The position numbers and the translations under genes are program-made. The notes beneath the pieces were generated by a model, which saw only the letters and a list, made by a program, of their open reading frames with translations, made no database searches and was not told the origin of the DNA. Source: Acidimicrobiia bacterium (GTDB lineage: Bacteria > Actinomycetota > Acidimicrobiia > Acidimicrobiales > Bin134). From it: 64,000 bases of DNA. Numbering within the stretch: position 1 is the stretch's first letter; every line of letters begins with the position of its first letter. The DNA is taken from NCBI GenBank assembly GCA_022821445.1, contig JAJEDQ010000038.1:7312-71311 (forward strand), read 5' to 3'. Shown here piece after piece: positions 26,001 to 35,477 of the stretch.

Positions 26001-27239
26001 CTACTGCCCGGCGACAACTCGCATGCGGAGGTTGTTGAGGATGGAGACGGTGGTGAATTGACGGGTGCGCTCGCGGTCGAAGGGGAACTTGACCTTGGCC
26101 GCCTCCACCTGGCCGTTTACCAGCGTGGCCATCCATACGGTGCCGGGGTCCTCCCCGTAGAGCGGATCGGGGCCGGCTACCCCGGTGACGGCGATGGCGC
26201 AGTCGGCGTCCAACAGCTTGGCAGCGCCGTGGGCCATGGCGGTTACGGCCTCCTCGCTCACCACTGGGCCCTCGGGCACGTCCAGCAAGTCGAACTTGAC
26301 GTCGCTGGCGTAGGAAACCAGGCCGCCGCGGAACACGTCGCCGGCACCGGGCACGGCGGTGAGCCGGGCGCCGATCAATCCGCCGGTGAGCGACTCGGCC
26401 AGCGCCAGGGTCCAGCCCCGGCTCCTCAGGGCGTCGAGCACGGCCGACTCCATGGTCTCGTCGTCGATGCCGAACACGATGTCGCCGATGATGCCCCGCA
26501 CGATCTGCTCCTCGTTGGCCAAGATCTCGTCCACCTCGGCCTCACTGGGAGCTTTGGCGGTGAGCCTCACCTTGAGGCCCTCCATGCCGGAGGCCAAAAA
26601 GGCGATGGTACACTCGCCGGTCTCGTCCAGGCGCTCGATCTCTTCATGCAGCTTCTCGGCCAGGCCCGACTCGGAGTCACCCCAGGTGCGCAGCGTGCGG
26701 CTTTTGATCACCGCGGTGATCCCCGCCCGCTGCTTGAGATCGGGAAGCACGCACTCCCCCACCATCTGCTGCATCTCCCAGGGCACGCCGGGCACGGCGT
26801 ACACCGCCTTGCCGCCGGTCTCCACCTTGAAGCCGGGTGCGGTGCCCGGCATCACCGACAGCACCTCGGCCCCAACGGGCACGTCGGCCTGGCGCAGGTT
26901 GTTGTCGGGCATGGCCCGGCCCCGGCCTCCGAACACCCGAGAGATGCGCTCGACGATGTCGTCTCGCCGCACCAGCTCCACCCCGAGGGCGGCGGCGATC
27001 ACGTCACGGGTGATGTCGTCCTGGGTGGGACCGAGACCGCCGCACATGATCACCGAGTCGCTTCGCTCCAGAGCCTGGCCCAGCACCGCCTGCATGCGCC
27101 CGAAGTTGTCGCCCACCTTCACCTGGTGGTGCGAGTCGATGCCCGCCAGTGCCAGCTGCTCTCCGATCCACGACGAGTTGGTGTCGACGATCTGGCCGAG
27201 CAAGAGCTCGGTTCCAACTGCGATTACTTCACAATTCAC
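26001..27239 (-). CDS. cinA: CinA family protein (competence/damage-inducible protein A; NMN amidohydrolase domain)
   Basis: 412 aa with N-terminus CEVIAVGTELLLGQIVDTNS and the C-terminal PncC-like domain. The start is GTG at 27239 with no obvious SD. Confidence 0.85.
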   Translation of the reverse strand: MNCEVIAVGTELLLGQIVDTNSSWIGEQLALAGIDSHHQVKVGDNFGRMQAVLGQALERSDSVIMCGGLGPTQDDITRDVIAAALGVELVRRDDIVERISRVFGGRGRAMPDNNLRQADVPVGAEVLSVMPGTAPGFKVETGGKAVYAVPGVPWEMQQMVGECVLPDLKQRAGITAVIKSRTLRTWGDSESGLAEKLHEEIERLDETGECTIAFLASGMEGLKVRLTAKAPSEAEVDEILANEEQIVRGIIGDIVFGIDDETMESAVLDALRSRGWTLALAESLTGGLIGARLTAVPGAGDVFRGGLVSYASDVKFDLLDVPEGPVVSEEAVTAMAHGAAKLLDADCAIAVTGVAGPDPLYGEDPGTVWMATLVNGQVEAAKVKFPFDRERTRQFTTVSILNNLRMRVVAGQ

Positions 27240-27260
27240 GCAGGGAGGCTATACCGCCGG

Positions 27261-27434
27261 CTACTCGCCCGAGGCGGCAATGGCCCCGGCTACTCGCCCG
27301 AGGCGGCAACGGCCCCGGCTATCGGCCCGCGGCGGCAACGGCCCCGGCTACTGGCCCGAGGCGGCAACGGCCCCGGCTACTCGCCCGAGGCGGCAATGGC
27401 CCCGGCTACTCGCCCGAGGCGGCAACGGCCCCGG
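27261..27434. repeat. Tandem array of six 29-bp units (CTACTCGCCCGAGGCGGCAAYGGCCCCGG) between cinA and pgsA
   Basis: Units occupy 27261-89, 27290-318, 27319-47, 27348-76, 27377-405 and 27406-34. Unit 1 equals unit 5 and unit 2 equals unit 6 (a 116-bp higher-order period); units 3 and 4 are variants. A truncated unit lies at 27247-27260. Unit 6 encodes the last 9 codons and the TAG of pgsA. Confidence 0.95.
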
Positions 27435-27987
27435 CCCGGCCGTCGGCCCAGTAGCGCCAGCCGGAGTACAGGGTGATGGCCACGGCCAGCCAGATGGCCA
27501 GCGACACCGACCAGTCGACGTTCTCCAGCGGAGGCAGTGCGGCCACGGTCAGCGCCCCGCCCTGCATCAGAGTCTTCAGCTTGGCCGAATGGCGGGCGGG
27601 CAGCGAGAGGCCGTCTCGGGCCCATCTGGTGCGTACCGCGCTCATCAGGAGCTCCCGCGCCGTGATGATCAACACCGGCACCCAGAACAGCCGGTCCACG
27701 GCCACAAAGCACCAGGCCGCCCCCAGGATCATCACCTTGTCGGCCAGCGGGTCCAAGAAGGCCCCCCAGCGGCTCTCGCTGCCCGAAGACCGGGCCACCC
27801 AGCCGTCGTAGTAGTCGCTGGCGCCCAGCACCCAGCCCATCGCCACCACCGCCCACGACGTCCCTGCGCTGTCGGAGGCAGCCAAGATCAGCACGAAGAG
27901 CACGGGCGAGAGCAGTATCCGGCCCAACGTGATCAGGTTGGCGGTCAACCGCAGATCAGCCCAGGAATAGGCCTCCACCTGGCTCAT
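27406..27987 (-). CDS. pgsA: CDP-diacylglycerol--glycerol-3-phosphate 3-phosphatidyltransferase
   Basis: 193 aa with the CDP-alcohol phosphatidyltransferase motif DYYDGWVAR...GAFLDPLADK and a multi-TM profile. Confidence 0.9.
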   Translation of the reverse strand: MSQVEAYSWADLRLTANLITLGRILLSPVLFVLILAASDSAGTSWAVVAMGWVLGASDYYDGWVARSSGSESRWGAFLDPLADKVMILGAAWCFVAVDRLFWVPVLIITARELLMSAVRTRWARDGLSLPARHSAKLKTLMQGGALTVAALPPLENVDWSVSLAIWLAVAITLYSGWRYWADGRAGAVAASGE

Positions 27988-29240
27988 GGCGATTCCGCCT
28001 CGGCCACCAGGTCGGGACCCAGGGCATCAACCACCCGCACGGTGTGGAACTGCCCGACGTCCAGATGGTCGGGCACCGAAACGACCCCGTCGATCTCCGG
28101 GGCTTCTCGATAGCTGCGGGCAATTCCAGGCGTGTCCACCAGGACTTTGACTTCGCGGCCGATGAGTTGGTCGCGCTTCGTTGCGGTGATCCCGTCTTGG
28201 ACCTCGGCCAGCTCCCGGCGACGCTCGGCGGCCAATTCGGCCGGCACCTGCCCTTCGAGGGCAGTGGCATAGGTGCCGGCCTCGGCGGAGTAGGTGAAGA
28301 AACCGCACCAGTCCAAGCCCATGTCGGCCACAAAGTCGAGCAGGGCGTCGTGGTCGGCCTCGGTCTCACCGGGGTAGCCCACGATGAAGTTGGACCTGAA
28401 CACCGCCTCGGGCCGGCGTTGGCGGATATCGGCGATGCGGGCGGCAAAGCGGTCGCCGTCGCCCCACCGACGCATCCGGGCCAGGAGCGGCCGGGACACG
28501 TGCTGCAACGACAGATCGAAGTAGGGCACCTCGGTGGCGCAGATGGCGTCGATGAGCGAGTCGGTGAGGTCGGACGGATACAGATACAACAGCCGCACCC
28601 AGCGGACCTGGTGGCGAAGCGACTCCACCAGCGGGATGATGCCCCGCTCTCCTTGGCCCTGGTCGCGGCCGTAGGAGGCCAGGTCTTGGGCCACCAGCAC
28701 CGCTTCTTGTACCTCCAGTGCCTCCACCTCGGCCACGATGGCCTCGGCCGACCGAGAGCGCTGCGGACCCCGGAAGCTGGGAATGGCGCAATACCCGCAG
28801 CGCCGGTCGCATCCCTCGGCGATCTTCACGTAGGCCCACGGCGCTTGAGCGGGCGGCCGGGGCAGGTTCAACAGGTCGAATGAGGGCAGCTCGGCCACAG
28901 GCACCGAAGAGGGCTTCGCCCCGATGCTCACCGATACCCCGAACCCGGCTACCCGGTCGACTTCGGGAAGGGCCTCGGCCAGCTCAGCGCCGTAGCGCTC
29001 GGCCATGCACCCAGTAACTACCAGTTCGGCCTCGACCGCCGAGGAGCGCAGCGCCAGCACCGCGTCCACCGACTCCTGGCGGGCCTCCTCGATGAAGGCG
29101 CAGGTGTTCACCACCACCAGATCGGCTTCTTCTGGCGCGGGGGCCGCGGCCATCCCGTCTCGGACCAGCAACCCCGTGATCTTGTCGGAGTCCACCTGAT
29201 TCTTAGGACACCCCAGCGTCTCAATCCAAAACCGGCGCAC
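27984..29240 (-). CDS. rimO: Ribosomal protein S12 methylthiotransferase (radical SAM)
   Basis: RFWIETLGCPKNQVDSDKI, radical-SAM CDRRCGYC and a TRAM C-terminus. I place the start at GTG 29240, 10 nt after the upstream stop. The track extension to 29414 overlaps the CaCA gene and reads its repeat in another frame. Confidence 0.85.
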   Translation of the reverse strand: MRRFWIETLGCPKNQVDSDKITGLLVRDGMAAAPAPEEADLVVVNTCAFIEEARQESVDAVLALRSSAVEAELVVTGCMAERYGAELAEALPEVDRVAGFGVSVSIGAKPSSVPVAELPSFDLLNLPRPPAQAPWAYVKIAEGCDRRCGYCAIPSFRGPQRSRSAEAIVAEVEALEVQEAVLVAQDLASYGRDQGQGERGIIPLVESLRHQVRWVRLLYLYPSDLTDSLIDAICATEVPYFDLSLQHVSRPLLARMRRWGDGDRFAARIADIRQRRPEAVFRSNFIVGYPGETEADHDALLDFVADMGLDWCGFFTYSAEAGTYATALEGQVPAELAAERRRELAEVQDGITATKRDQLIGREVKVLVDTPGIARSYREAPEIDGVVSVPDHLDVGQFHTVRVVDALGPDLVAEAESP

Positions 29241-29250
29241 CGTATCGACA

Positions 29251-30372
29251 CTAGGTGGAAACGGGGCCAGAACCACCAGCGCCGGCCGTCTGCTCCTCCA
29301 ACTCCACCGGGGATGGAACAGCGGGGGCAGATCCGAGCTGGGGGGAACCACCAGCGCCGGCCGTCTGCTCCTCCAACTCCACCGCCGGCGCAGGACCCAA
29401 AGCCTCTTCCTCATGGTCGGAGATCAAAAACGGCAGCGACACCAGGTACACGGCCAAGAGGAAGGCGCCCTCCCACCAGCGCTCCAAGCCGTCTCCCCGG
29501 AACATGAACAGCCAGGCGGCAACGGAGATGCCCATCATGATCCACACCGCCAAACCCGAGAGGTTCCCGTCGACCAAGGGCCCGGGGCCCACCAAGGCCA
29601 CTACCGCGCTCACCAGCAGGCTGTTGAACGTGTTGGAGCCCAAGATGTTGCCCACCAGCAGATCGGCCTCTCCCCGGCGGGCCGCCTGCACCCCGGTGAT
29701 CAGCTCGGGCAGCGAGGTTCCGAACGCCACCAGAGACAACCCCACGAATCCCGAGCCCAGGCCCACCTCTTGGGCTATGTCCACCGCACCGGTCACCGCC
29801 AGCTGGGCGCCGACCACAGTGGCGGCCAGCCCCAGCACAGTGCGGACCAGCTCGGCAGGCTGGCTTATCGGCTTGTCGGTGTGGAGCACATCGGTGGAGC
29901 TTCCGTCATAGGCCGGCCGCCACAAGATGGCGGTCATGGCCACCACGAAGGCCAGCAGCAAGACGAAGCCCTCCCAGCGCTCCAAACCGTTTTGCACCAG
30001 CACCCAGAACAACCCTGCGGCCGCCACCGACACCACGCCCTCCCGCCACAGGGTGCTGTTGGCCACCCGGATGTAGCGGCCCCCCACGGCCACTGCTGCC
30101 ACCAGGGCGGAAAAGCCCAGCACCAGGCTCAAGTTGGCCACGTTGGAGCCGACGATGTTGCCCACCCCCAAATCGACGTTGCCGTCGGCGGCAGCCAGGC
30201 CCGACACCAGCATCTCTGGTGCGCTGGTGCCAAAGCCGATAACCAGCGCCCCGATCACGATGGGCGAGATGCCCCGGGCGAAGGCCAGCCGCGACGCGCC
30301 GATCACCAATTGGTCGGCACCCAAGGCCAGCACGAGGAGACCCCCCGCCAGAAGCACGGCTGCCAAAACCAC
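29251..30372 (-). CDS. Ca2+/Na+ antiporter (CaCA family, YrbG-like) with a repeat-containing acidic C-terminal tail
   Basis: 373 aa, multi-TM, with two alpha-repeat signatures GTSAPE and GTSLPE. The tail is ...VELEEQTAGAGGSPQLGSAPAVPSPVELEEQTAGAGGSGPVST. Confidence 0.85.
   Translation of the reverse strand: MVLAAVLLAGGLLVLALGADQLVIGASRLAFARGISPIVIGALVIGFGTSAPEMLVSGLAAADGNVDLGVGNIVGSNVANLSLVLGFSALVAAVAVGGRYIRVANSTLWREGVVSVAAAGLFWVLVQNGLERWEGFVLLLAFVVAMTAILWRPAYDGSSTDVLHTDKPISQPAELVRTVLGLAATVVGAQLAVTGAVDIAQEVGLGSGFVGLSLVAFGTSLPELITGVQAARRGEADLLVGNILGSNTFNSLLVSAVVALVGPGPLVDGNLSGLAVWIMMGISVAAWLFMFRGDGLERWWEGAFLLAVYLVSLPFLISDHEEEALGPAPAVELEEQTAGAGGSPQLGSAPAVPSPVELEEQTAGAGGSGPVST
29270..29384. repeat. 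40-bp perfect duplication at a 75-bp (25-codon) period in the 3' end of the CaCA gene
   Basis: GAACCACCAGCGCCGGCCGTCTGCTCCTCCAACTCCACCG occurs at 29270-29309 and 29345-29384. It encodes VELEEQTAGAGGS twice. Confidence 0.9.
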
Positions 30373-30402
30373 AGGAGGAGACTACCGGCGCTCAGTCAGC
30401 AT

Positions 30403-32895
30403 TCATGAAGAGAGCTCGTCGGGGGCCATCAGCACCTCGCGGGCCTTCGACCCCTCAGAGGGTCCGACCACGCCCCGCTGCTCCAGCAGGTCCATAAGCC
30501 GGCCGGCCCGGGCGAATCCCACCCGGAGCTTGCGCTGGAGCATCGATGTGGAGCCAAGCTGGCTCTCCACCACCAGCCTCACGGCCTGAACCAAGAGCTC
30601 GTCGTCATCGTCACCAGCCCCGTTCGCGGCGTTCGAAGGCGCTGGGGCCAGCGGATCGTCGTCGCCGTCGCCACCGTCGGTGGTCACCGAATTGGCCAGG
30701 CTGGGAGGCGCCATCGCCGCGGCCTGACGGCGCCATGCGCCCACCACGCTGCGAACCTCCGACTCGGTCACCCACGCCCCTTGGATGCGCTGGGCGGACG
30801 TGGAGGTGGGACTCAGCAACAGCATGTCGCCCCGGCCTACCAGGCGCTCGGCACCCTGTTGGTCGAGGATCACCCGGCTGTCGGTTTGGCTGGAGACGGC
30901 GAAGGCCAGCCGGGCCGGGATGTTGGCTTTGATAACGCCGGTGATCACGTTGATGGACGGCCGCTGGGTGGCGACCACCAGATGGATTCCCACCGCCCGG
31001 GCTTTCTGGGCGATGCGGCAGATGGAGTCCTCCACGTCGCGGGGGGCCACCATCATCAGATCCGACAGCTCGTCCACCACCACCAGGATGAGCGGCATCC
31101 GCTCCTTGGGCTCGGTGTCCCCGATCCCCAACTTGCGGTCGATGTCGAAGACTCCCCGATCGCAGGCCTCGTTGTATCCGTCGATATCGCGGACGCCCAC
31201 CGAAGCCAAGATCTCATAGCGGCGGTCCATCTCCCGGCACGCCCAGGCCAGGGCGTTGGCCGCCTTCTTCGGGTCGGTTACCGGCTGGGTGAGCAGGTGG
31301 GGAACATGCTCATACTGGGCCATCTCCACCATCTTGGGATCGACCAGGATCATGCGCACCTGGTCGGGGGTGGAGCGCATCAGCACCGAGGTGATCATGG
31401 AGTTGATGCACGACGACTTGCCCGCTCCGGTGGCCCCGGCAATGAGGATGTGGGGCATCCGGGACAGGTCCATCATCACCGGCTTGGCGTTGATGTCCCG
31501 GCCGATGGCCACCTCGAGGGGGTGGCTGGCCTTGCGGGCCTCGGCCGACGCCAAGATGCCGCCCAGCGACACCACCTGGCGGTCGCGGTTGGGCACCTCC
31601 ACGCCAATGGCCTGGCGCCCGGGGATCGGGGCCAGGATGCGGACGTCGGGCGAGGCCAGGGCATAGGCGATGTCCTTGCTCAAGCTGGTGACCCGGCTGA
31701 CCTTGACCCCAGGCGCCAGTTCCAGCTCGTAGCGAGTCACGGTGGGGCCGACCACCATCCCGACCAGCTTGGTTTCCACGTCATGGGCGGCCAAGGCCTG
31801 CTCCAGGGCCGCGCCCTTCCGGGTGGCTTCTTCCTGGCTGCCCTTCTGGGGATCAGACCCATTCAGCAACTTGAGTGAGGGGAGCTTCCATTTAGAAGAC
31901 TTGGACCTCGAAGACTTGGACTTCTTGTCGCCGATGATGGTCGGCGCCTCCCACTGCGGCTCGTTGGAAGGCTCGGACGTCGGGGCGGGCTCAGGCTCAC
32001 TCCTCGGCTCGGCTTCGGGCATGGCCAGAGCGGGTTCGGGCTCAGGGGGTGGGGAGGGAATGAGCACGACCTCGGGTTCAGCCGAGGCCGCTTCCGATTC
32101 GCCCGGTTGGCCATCTTCGGCGGATGGTTCGGGATCTTGTGGCCGCGGCGCGGTACCGGTCAGCAGATCGAGGAACTGGGCAAAGGCGGTCTTGAGTTTG
32201 GCGCCGTTCACCTTGCGGGCCCACGCCCGCAACGACACCCGAGTGAGTATCACCGACCCCAAGAGCCCGAATGCGCCCACCACCAGACTCGCCCCCCAGA
32301 CGCCCATAATCGCGGCCAGCGTGCCCCCGAAGGCCAGGCCCAGCGCTCCACCCGCCCCCGTCAGCCCGTCGAGGTCTTCGATGCCCGGCCGGTCGATGGC
32401 GATGTGGAGCAGGCCGGTTACCGAGAGGAGCGTCAACGCGGTGCCAATGCCGAGGCGAACAGCCAGCACCAGATCGGCCCGAGCCGGGTCGGTGTAGGGG
32501 TTCTTGTCGAAATCGCCTGGGGTGCTCTCCTGAAACTCCTCATCGGGACGGGGACCCCGCAACAGCACGACCCCGATGGCCAATAGGGCGATCGGTATGG
32601 CGGCCCGGGCGGTGCCAATCAAGGCGCCGAGAGCGGTCCTGAGCCCCGAGCCGAACGGTCCGGCCACATCGGCCCAGAGGCCGCAGGCTGCCACCAAGCC
32701 AGCGAGGATGGACCCCACGGCGATGATGTCGGCGCGGTGTCGAGCCCAAACCGCGGCCGCAGCCTGCTTCAGCCGACTATCGGGAGAGGCTTCGGCCTTG
32801 GATTTGGACTTTGCGCTGGGCTTTGTAGGGGGCTTTCGAGCGGTTTTCGTAGCCACAACAACAACAAACGTACCATTGACAACACCAGTAACCAA
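30403..32895 (-). CDS. ftsK: DNA translocase FtsK/SpoIIIE
   Basis: 830 aa with N-terminal TM helices, a Pro/Glu-rich linker, a motor domain with GATGAGKS, and a C-terminal gamma (winged-helix) domain LLVQAVRLVVESQLGSTSMLQRKLRVGFARAGRLMDLLE. Confidence 0.95.
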   Translation of the reverse strand: MVTGVVNGTFVVVVATKTARKPPTKPSAKSKSKAEASPDSRLKQAAAAVWARHRADIIAVGSILAGLVAACGLWADVAGPFGSGLRTALGALIGTARAAIPIALLAIGVVLLRGPRPDEEFQESTPGDFDKNPYTDPARADLVLAVRLGIGTALTLLSVTGLLHIAIDRPGIEDLDGLTGAGGALGLAFGGTLAAIMGVWGASLVVGAFGLLGSVILTRVSLRAWARKVNGAKLKTAFAQFLDLLTGTAPRPQDPEPSAEDGQPGESEAASAEPEVVLIPSPPPEPEPALAMPEAEPRSEPEPAPTSEPSNEPQWEAPTIIGDKKSKSSRSKSSKWKLPSLKLLNGSDPQKGSQEEATRKGAALEQALAAHDVETKLVGMVVGPTVTRYELELAPGVKVSRVTSLSKDIAYALASPDVRILAPIPGRQAIGVEVPNRDRQVVSLGGILASAEARKASHPLEVAIGRDINAKPVMMDLSRMPHILIAGATGAGKSSCINSMITSVLMRSTPDQVRMILVDPKMVEMAQYEHVPHLLTQPVTDPKKAANALAWACREMDRRYEILASVGVRDIDGYNEACDRGVFDIDRKLGIGDTEPKERMPLILVVVDELSDLMMVAPRDVEDSICRIAQKARAVGIHLVVATQRPSINVITGVIKANIPARLAFAVSSQTDSRVILDQQGAERLVGRGDMLLLSPTSTSAQRIQGAWVTESEVRSVVGAWRRQAAAMAPPSLANSVTTDGGDGDDDPLAPAPSNAANGAGDDDDELLVQAVRLVVESQLGSTSMLQRKLRVGFARAGRLMDLLEQRGVVGPSEGSKAREVLMAPDELSS

Positions 32896-32923
32896 TGGTT
32901 TGGCCGGATAGCGGCCGGTTTGT

Positions 32924-34588
32924 TCAGAACTCGATGATGACGGGGACGATCATCGGACGGCGTCCGGTGTTGTGGTTGACAAACTGTCCGGCGGCCCGGC
33001 GCACCAGCCGCTTCAGATCGCCATCCTCCCCTGAAGCCAGGCCCTCCTCCACAGCGGCCGCCACCTCATCGGCGCCGAGCGATTCCAGATCTTTAGCCGC
33101 ATCGCCCCCCACCCAGCCCTTGCTCTCAAACCGAGGCCGGGCCAGCAAACGGCCTTCAGCGCGGTTCACCGCCACCACCACGTTGACCACTCCGTGGCTG
33201 CCGAGAATGGACCGCTCGCCGAAGAGGTCCCGGTCGTTCTCGATCAACTGCCCGTTCACAAAGAAGTAGTCCCCCGAAGTGATCTTCCCCCGGTTGGACA
33301 AACCGCTGTCGCTCAACTCGATCTGCTCGCCGTCGCGAGCAAGGACCACTCGGTCCGCGGCCATGCCCATCTTCATCGCCAGATCGGCGTGGGCAACGAG
33401 GTGGCGAACCTCGCCGTGAACCGGCACAAAGAACTCGGGGTCGGCCACCGTGTGCAGGGTGCGGAGCTCATCCTGCTTGCCGTGGCCGCTGGTATGGACG
33501 TCTAGTTGCCCGCTGTGGACCACTTCGGCCCCCCGATCCACCAGGTTGTTGATCATCCGGGCCACCCGGGCCTCGTTGCCAGGGATGGGGGTCGAGCTCA
33601 ACACCACGGTGTCGTCGGGTCCGATATCGATCCAGCGGCTGTCCCCGGTGGCGGCCATGGCCAGGGCCGAGCGGTTCTCCCCCTGCGAGCCGGTAGACAC
33701 CACGCACACCCGCCCGGGGGAATACCGATCAACATCGCCTACATCGATCACCGCATGGTCGGGCATCGTGAGCAAGCCCAGCTCCCGGGCCAGGGCGAAG
33801 TTGCGCTTCATGGACAGCCCCAGCGTGGCCACCTTGCGTCCCGACTCCACCGCGGCATCCACCACCTGCTGAACCCGGTGAACGTGGCTGGAGAAGGCGG
33901 CCACTACCAGGCGTCGGCCGGAATGGGCGGCAAACACCCCTCGAAGCACCTCTCCAACCTCGGTCTCCGACCGGGAGCTGCCGGGAATCTCCGAGTTTGT
34001 GGAATCGCACAGCAGCAGCCGCACTCCGTCGGTTCGGGAGATGGCCCCGATCCGGGCGAGGTCCGTGCGCCGACCGTCCACTGGGTTCAGATCCAGTTTG
34101 AAGTCGCTGGAGTGCAAGACGACCCCTTGGGAAGTGCGGATGGCCGAGATCAACCCGGAGGGAACCTAGTGGGTGACGGGGATGAACTCGCAGTCGAAAC
34201 CCCCGATGCGGACCCGATCATGGTCGCCGATGGGAACGAGGGTTGTGCGATCAACGACACCGCGCTCCTCGAGGCGGTTGCGGATCAATCCCAGGGTGAA
34301 GGGCGAGGCATAGATCGGAAACGACAGCCATTCCAGGGCATGGGACAGCGAGCCGATGTGATCCTCATGGCCGTGGGTGCATATGCAGCCAACGATGCGA
34401 TCGGCGCGATCGCGCAGGTACTCCAAATCAGGGAGCACGAATTCAGCGCCGGGCATGTCCTCGTCGGGGAACAGGATTCCGCAGTCCAACAGGAGAACCT
34501 CGCCCCCGCTCTCGATGGCCGCGCAGTTCCTCCCGATATCGCCCAATCCCCCCAAGAAAGTGATCTGGACCGGGTCAGCCATCGGCAC
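32924..34588 (-). pseudogene. rnj: Ribonuclease J interrupted by a single in-frame TAG (codon 141 of 555)
   Basis: ORFs 34166..34588 (HGHEDHIG metallo-beta-lactamase motif) and 32924..34153 are in the same frame; 1665 nt equals 555 codons. Translation across the junction reads EFIPVTH*VPSGLISAIRT. The TAG is at 34166-34168, at the position of the Ser in the conserved THS(I/V)P motif. Confidence 0.85.
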
Positions 34589-35468
34589 CGAGTCTTGTGC
34601 CGGCCAGCACCTCGGCAGCGTCCTCGGCCAAACCTTCAGGCTCGACGTCGAGAGGCGGGCGGCAGCGGCCGACCGGGATGCCGATAAGGCGCATCATCGC
34701 CTTGGCCGGAATGGGGTTGGGCGCTGTCAACCCCGTCTCATAGTCAAACGACGGCATGAGGCCGGCGTTGATCTTGGCCGCGGCCCCAACGTCGCCCCCC
34801 TCGAAAGCGGCGATCATGTCGGCGTGCTCGATACCGGCCCAGTGGGTGGCCACCCCGATAGCCCCAACCGCCCCCACCGCGAGCAGCGGCAGGGTGAGGC
34901 TGTCGTCGCCGCTGTACACCTCAAAGCCCTCGGGGGCCTGGGCGATGAGCGCGGCGGTCTCGGCAGGGTCGCCGGCCGCGTCCTTGATGCCGACGATGTT
35001 GGCGGCACCATGGGCCAACTCCAGCAGCGTGGCAGTGTCCACCTTGCGTCCGGTGCGAACAGGAATGTCGTAGATGAGCACCGGGAGGTCGGTTGCCGCC
35101 GCCACCGTGGCGAAGTGCTTGGCCAAGCCAGCCTGCGAGGGCCGGTTGTAATACGGGGCCACCGACAAGATGCCATCAGCCCCGGCCTCTTGAGCCCGCT
35201 CAGTGAGCTCCACAGCGGCGAAGGTGTCGTTGCTGCCCGCTCCGGCCACCACCGGCGCATCCACCGCAGAGGCGACCGTGCCAATGAGGTCGATTTGCTC
35301 GTCGTGGGTCAGCGTCGGCGCTTCTCCCGTTGTGCCCGCCACCACCAGCCCGTCGCTCCCGTTGTCAATCAGCCATTGGGCCAGCGATGCGGCGGTTTCC
35401 AGGTCGAGCGAGCCGTCGTCGGCAAACGGCGTGACCATGGCGGTGAGCACCTTTCCAAATCGAGCCAT
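34575..35468 (-). CDS. dapA: 4-hydroxy-tetrahydrodipicolinate synthase
   Basis: 297 aa with GTTGEAPTL, the catalytic-Lys region GIKDAAG, and the typical length. Confidence 0.92.
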   Translation of the reverse strand: MARFGKVLTAMVTPFADDGSLDLETAASLAQWLIDNGSDGLVVAGTTGEAPTLTHDEQIDLIGTVASAVDAPVVAGAGSNDTFAAVELTERAQEAGADGILSVAPYYNRPSQAGLAKHFATVAAATDLPVLIYDIPVRTGRKVDTATLLELAHGAANIVGIKDAAGDPAETAALIAQAPEGFEVYSGDDSLTLPLLAVGAVGAIGVATHWAGIEHADMIAAFEGGDVGAAAKINAGLMPSFDYETGLTAPNPIPAKAMMRLIGIPVGRCRPPLDVEPEGLAEDAAEVLAGTRLGADG

Positions 35469-35477
35469 GGGTTCTCC

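Noticed and set aside
27261-27434. Possible CRISPR array, since the 29-bp repeat unit is similar in size to CRISPR repeats.
   Set aside because: The units are directly abutting with no unique spacers, no cas genes are nearby, and the array overlaps the pgsA stop. It is a simple tandem minisatellite.
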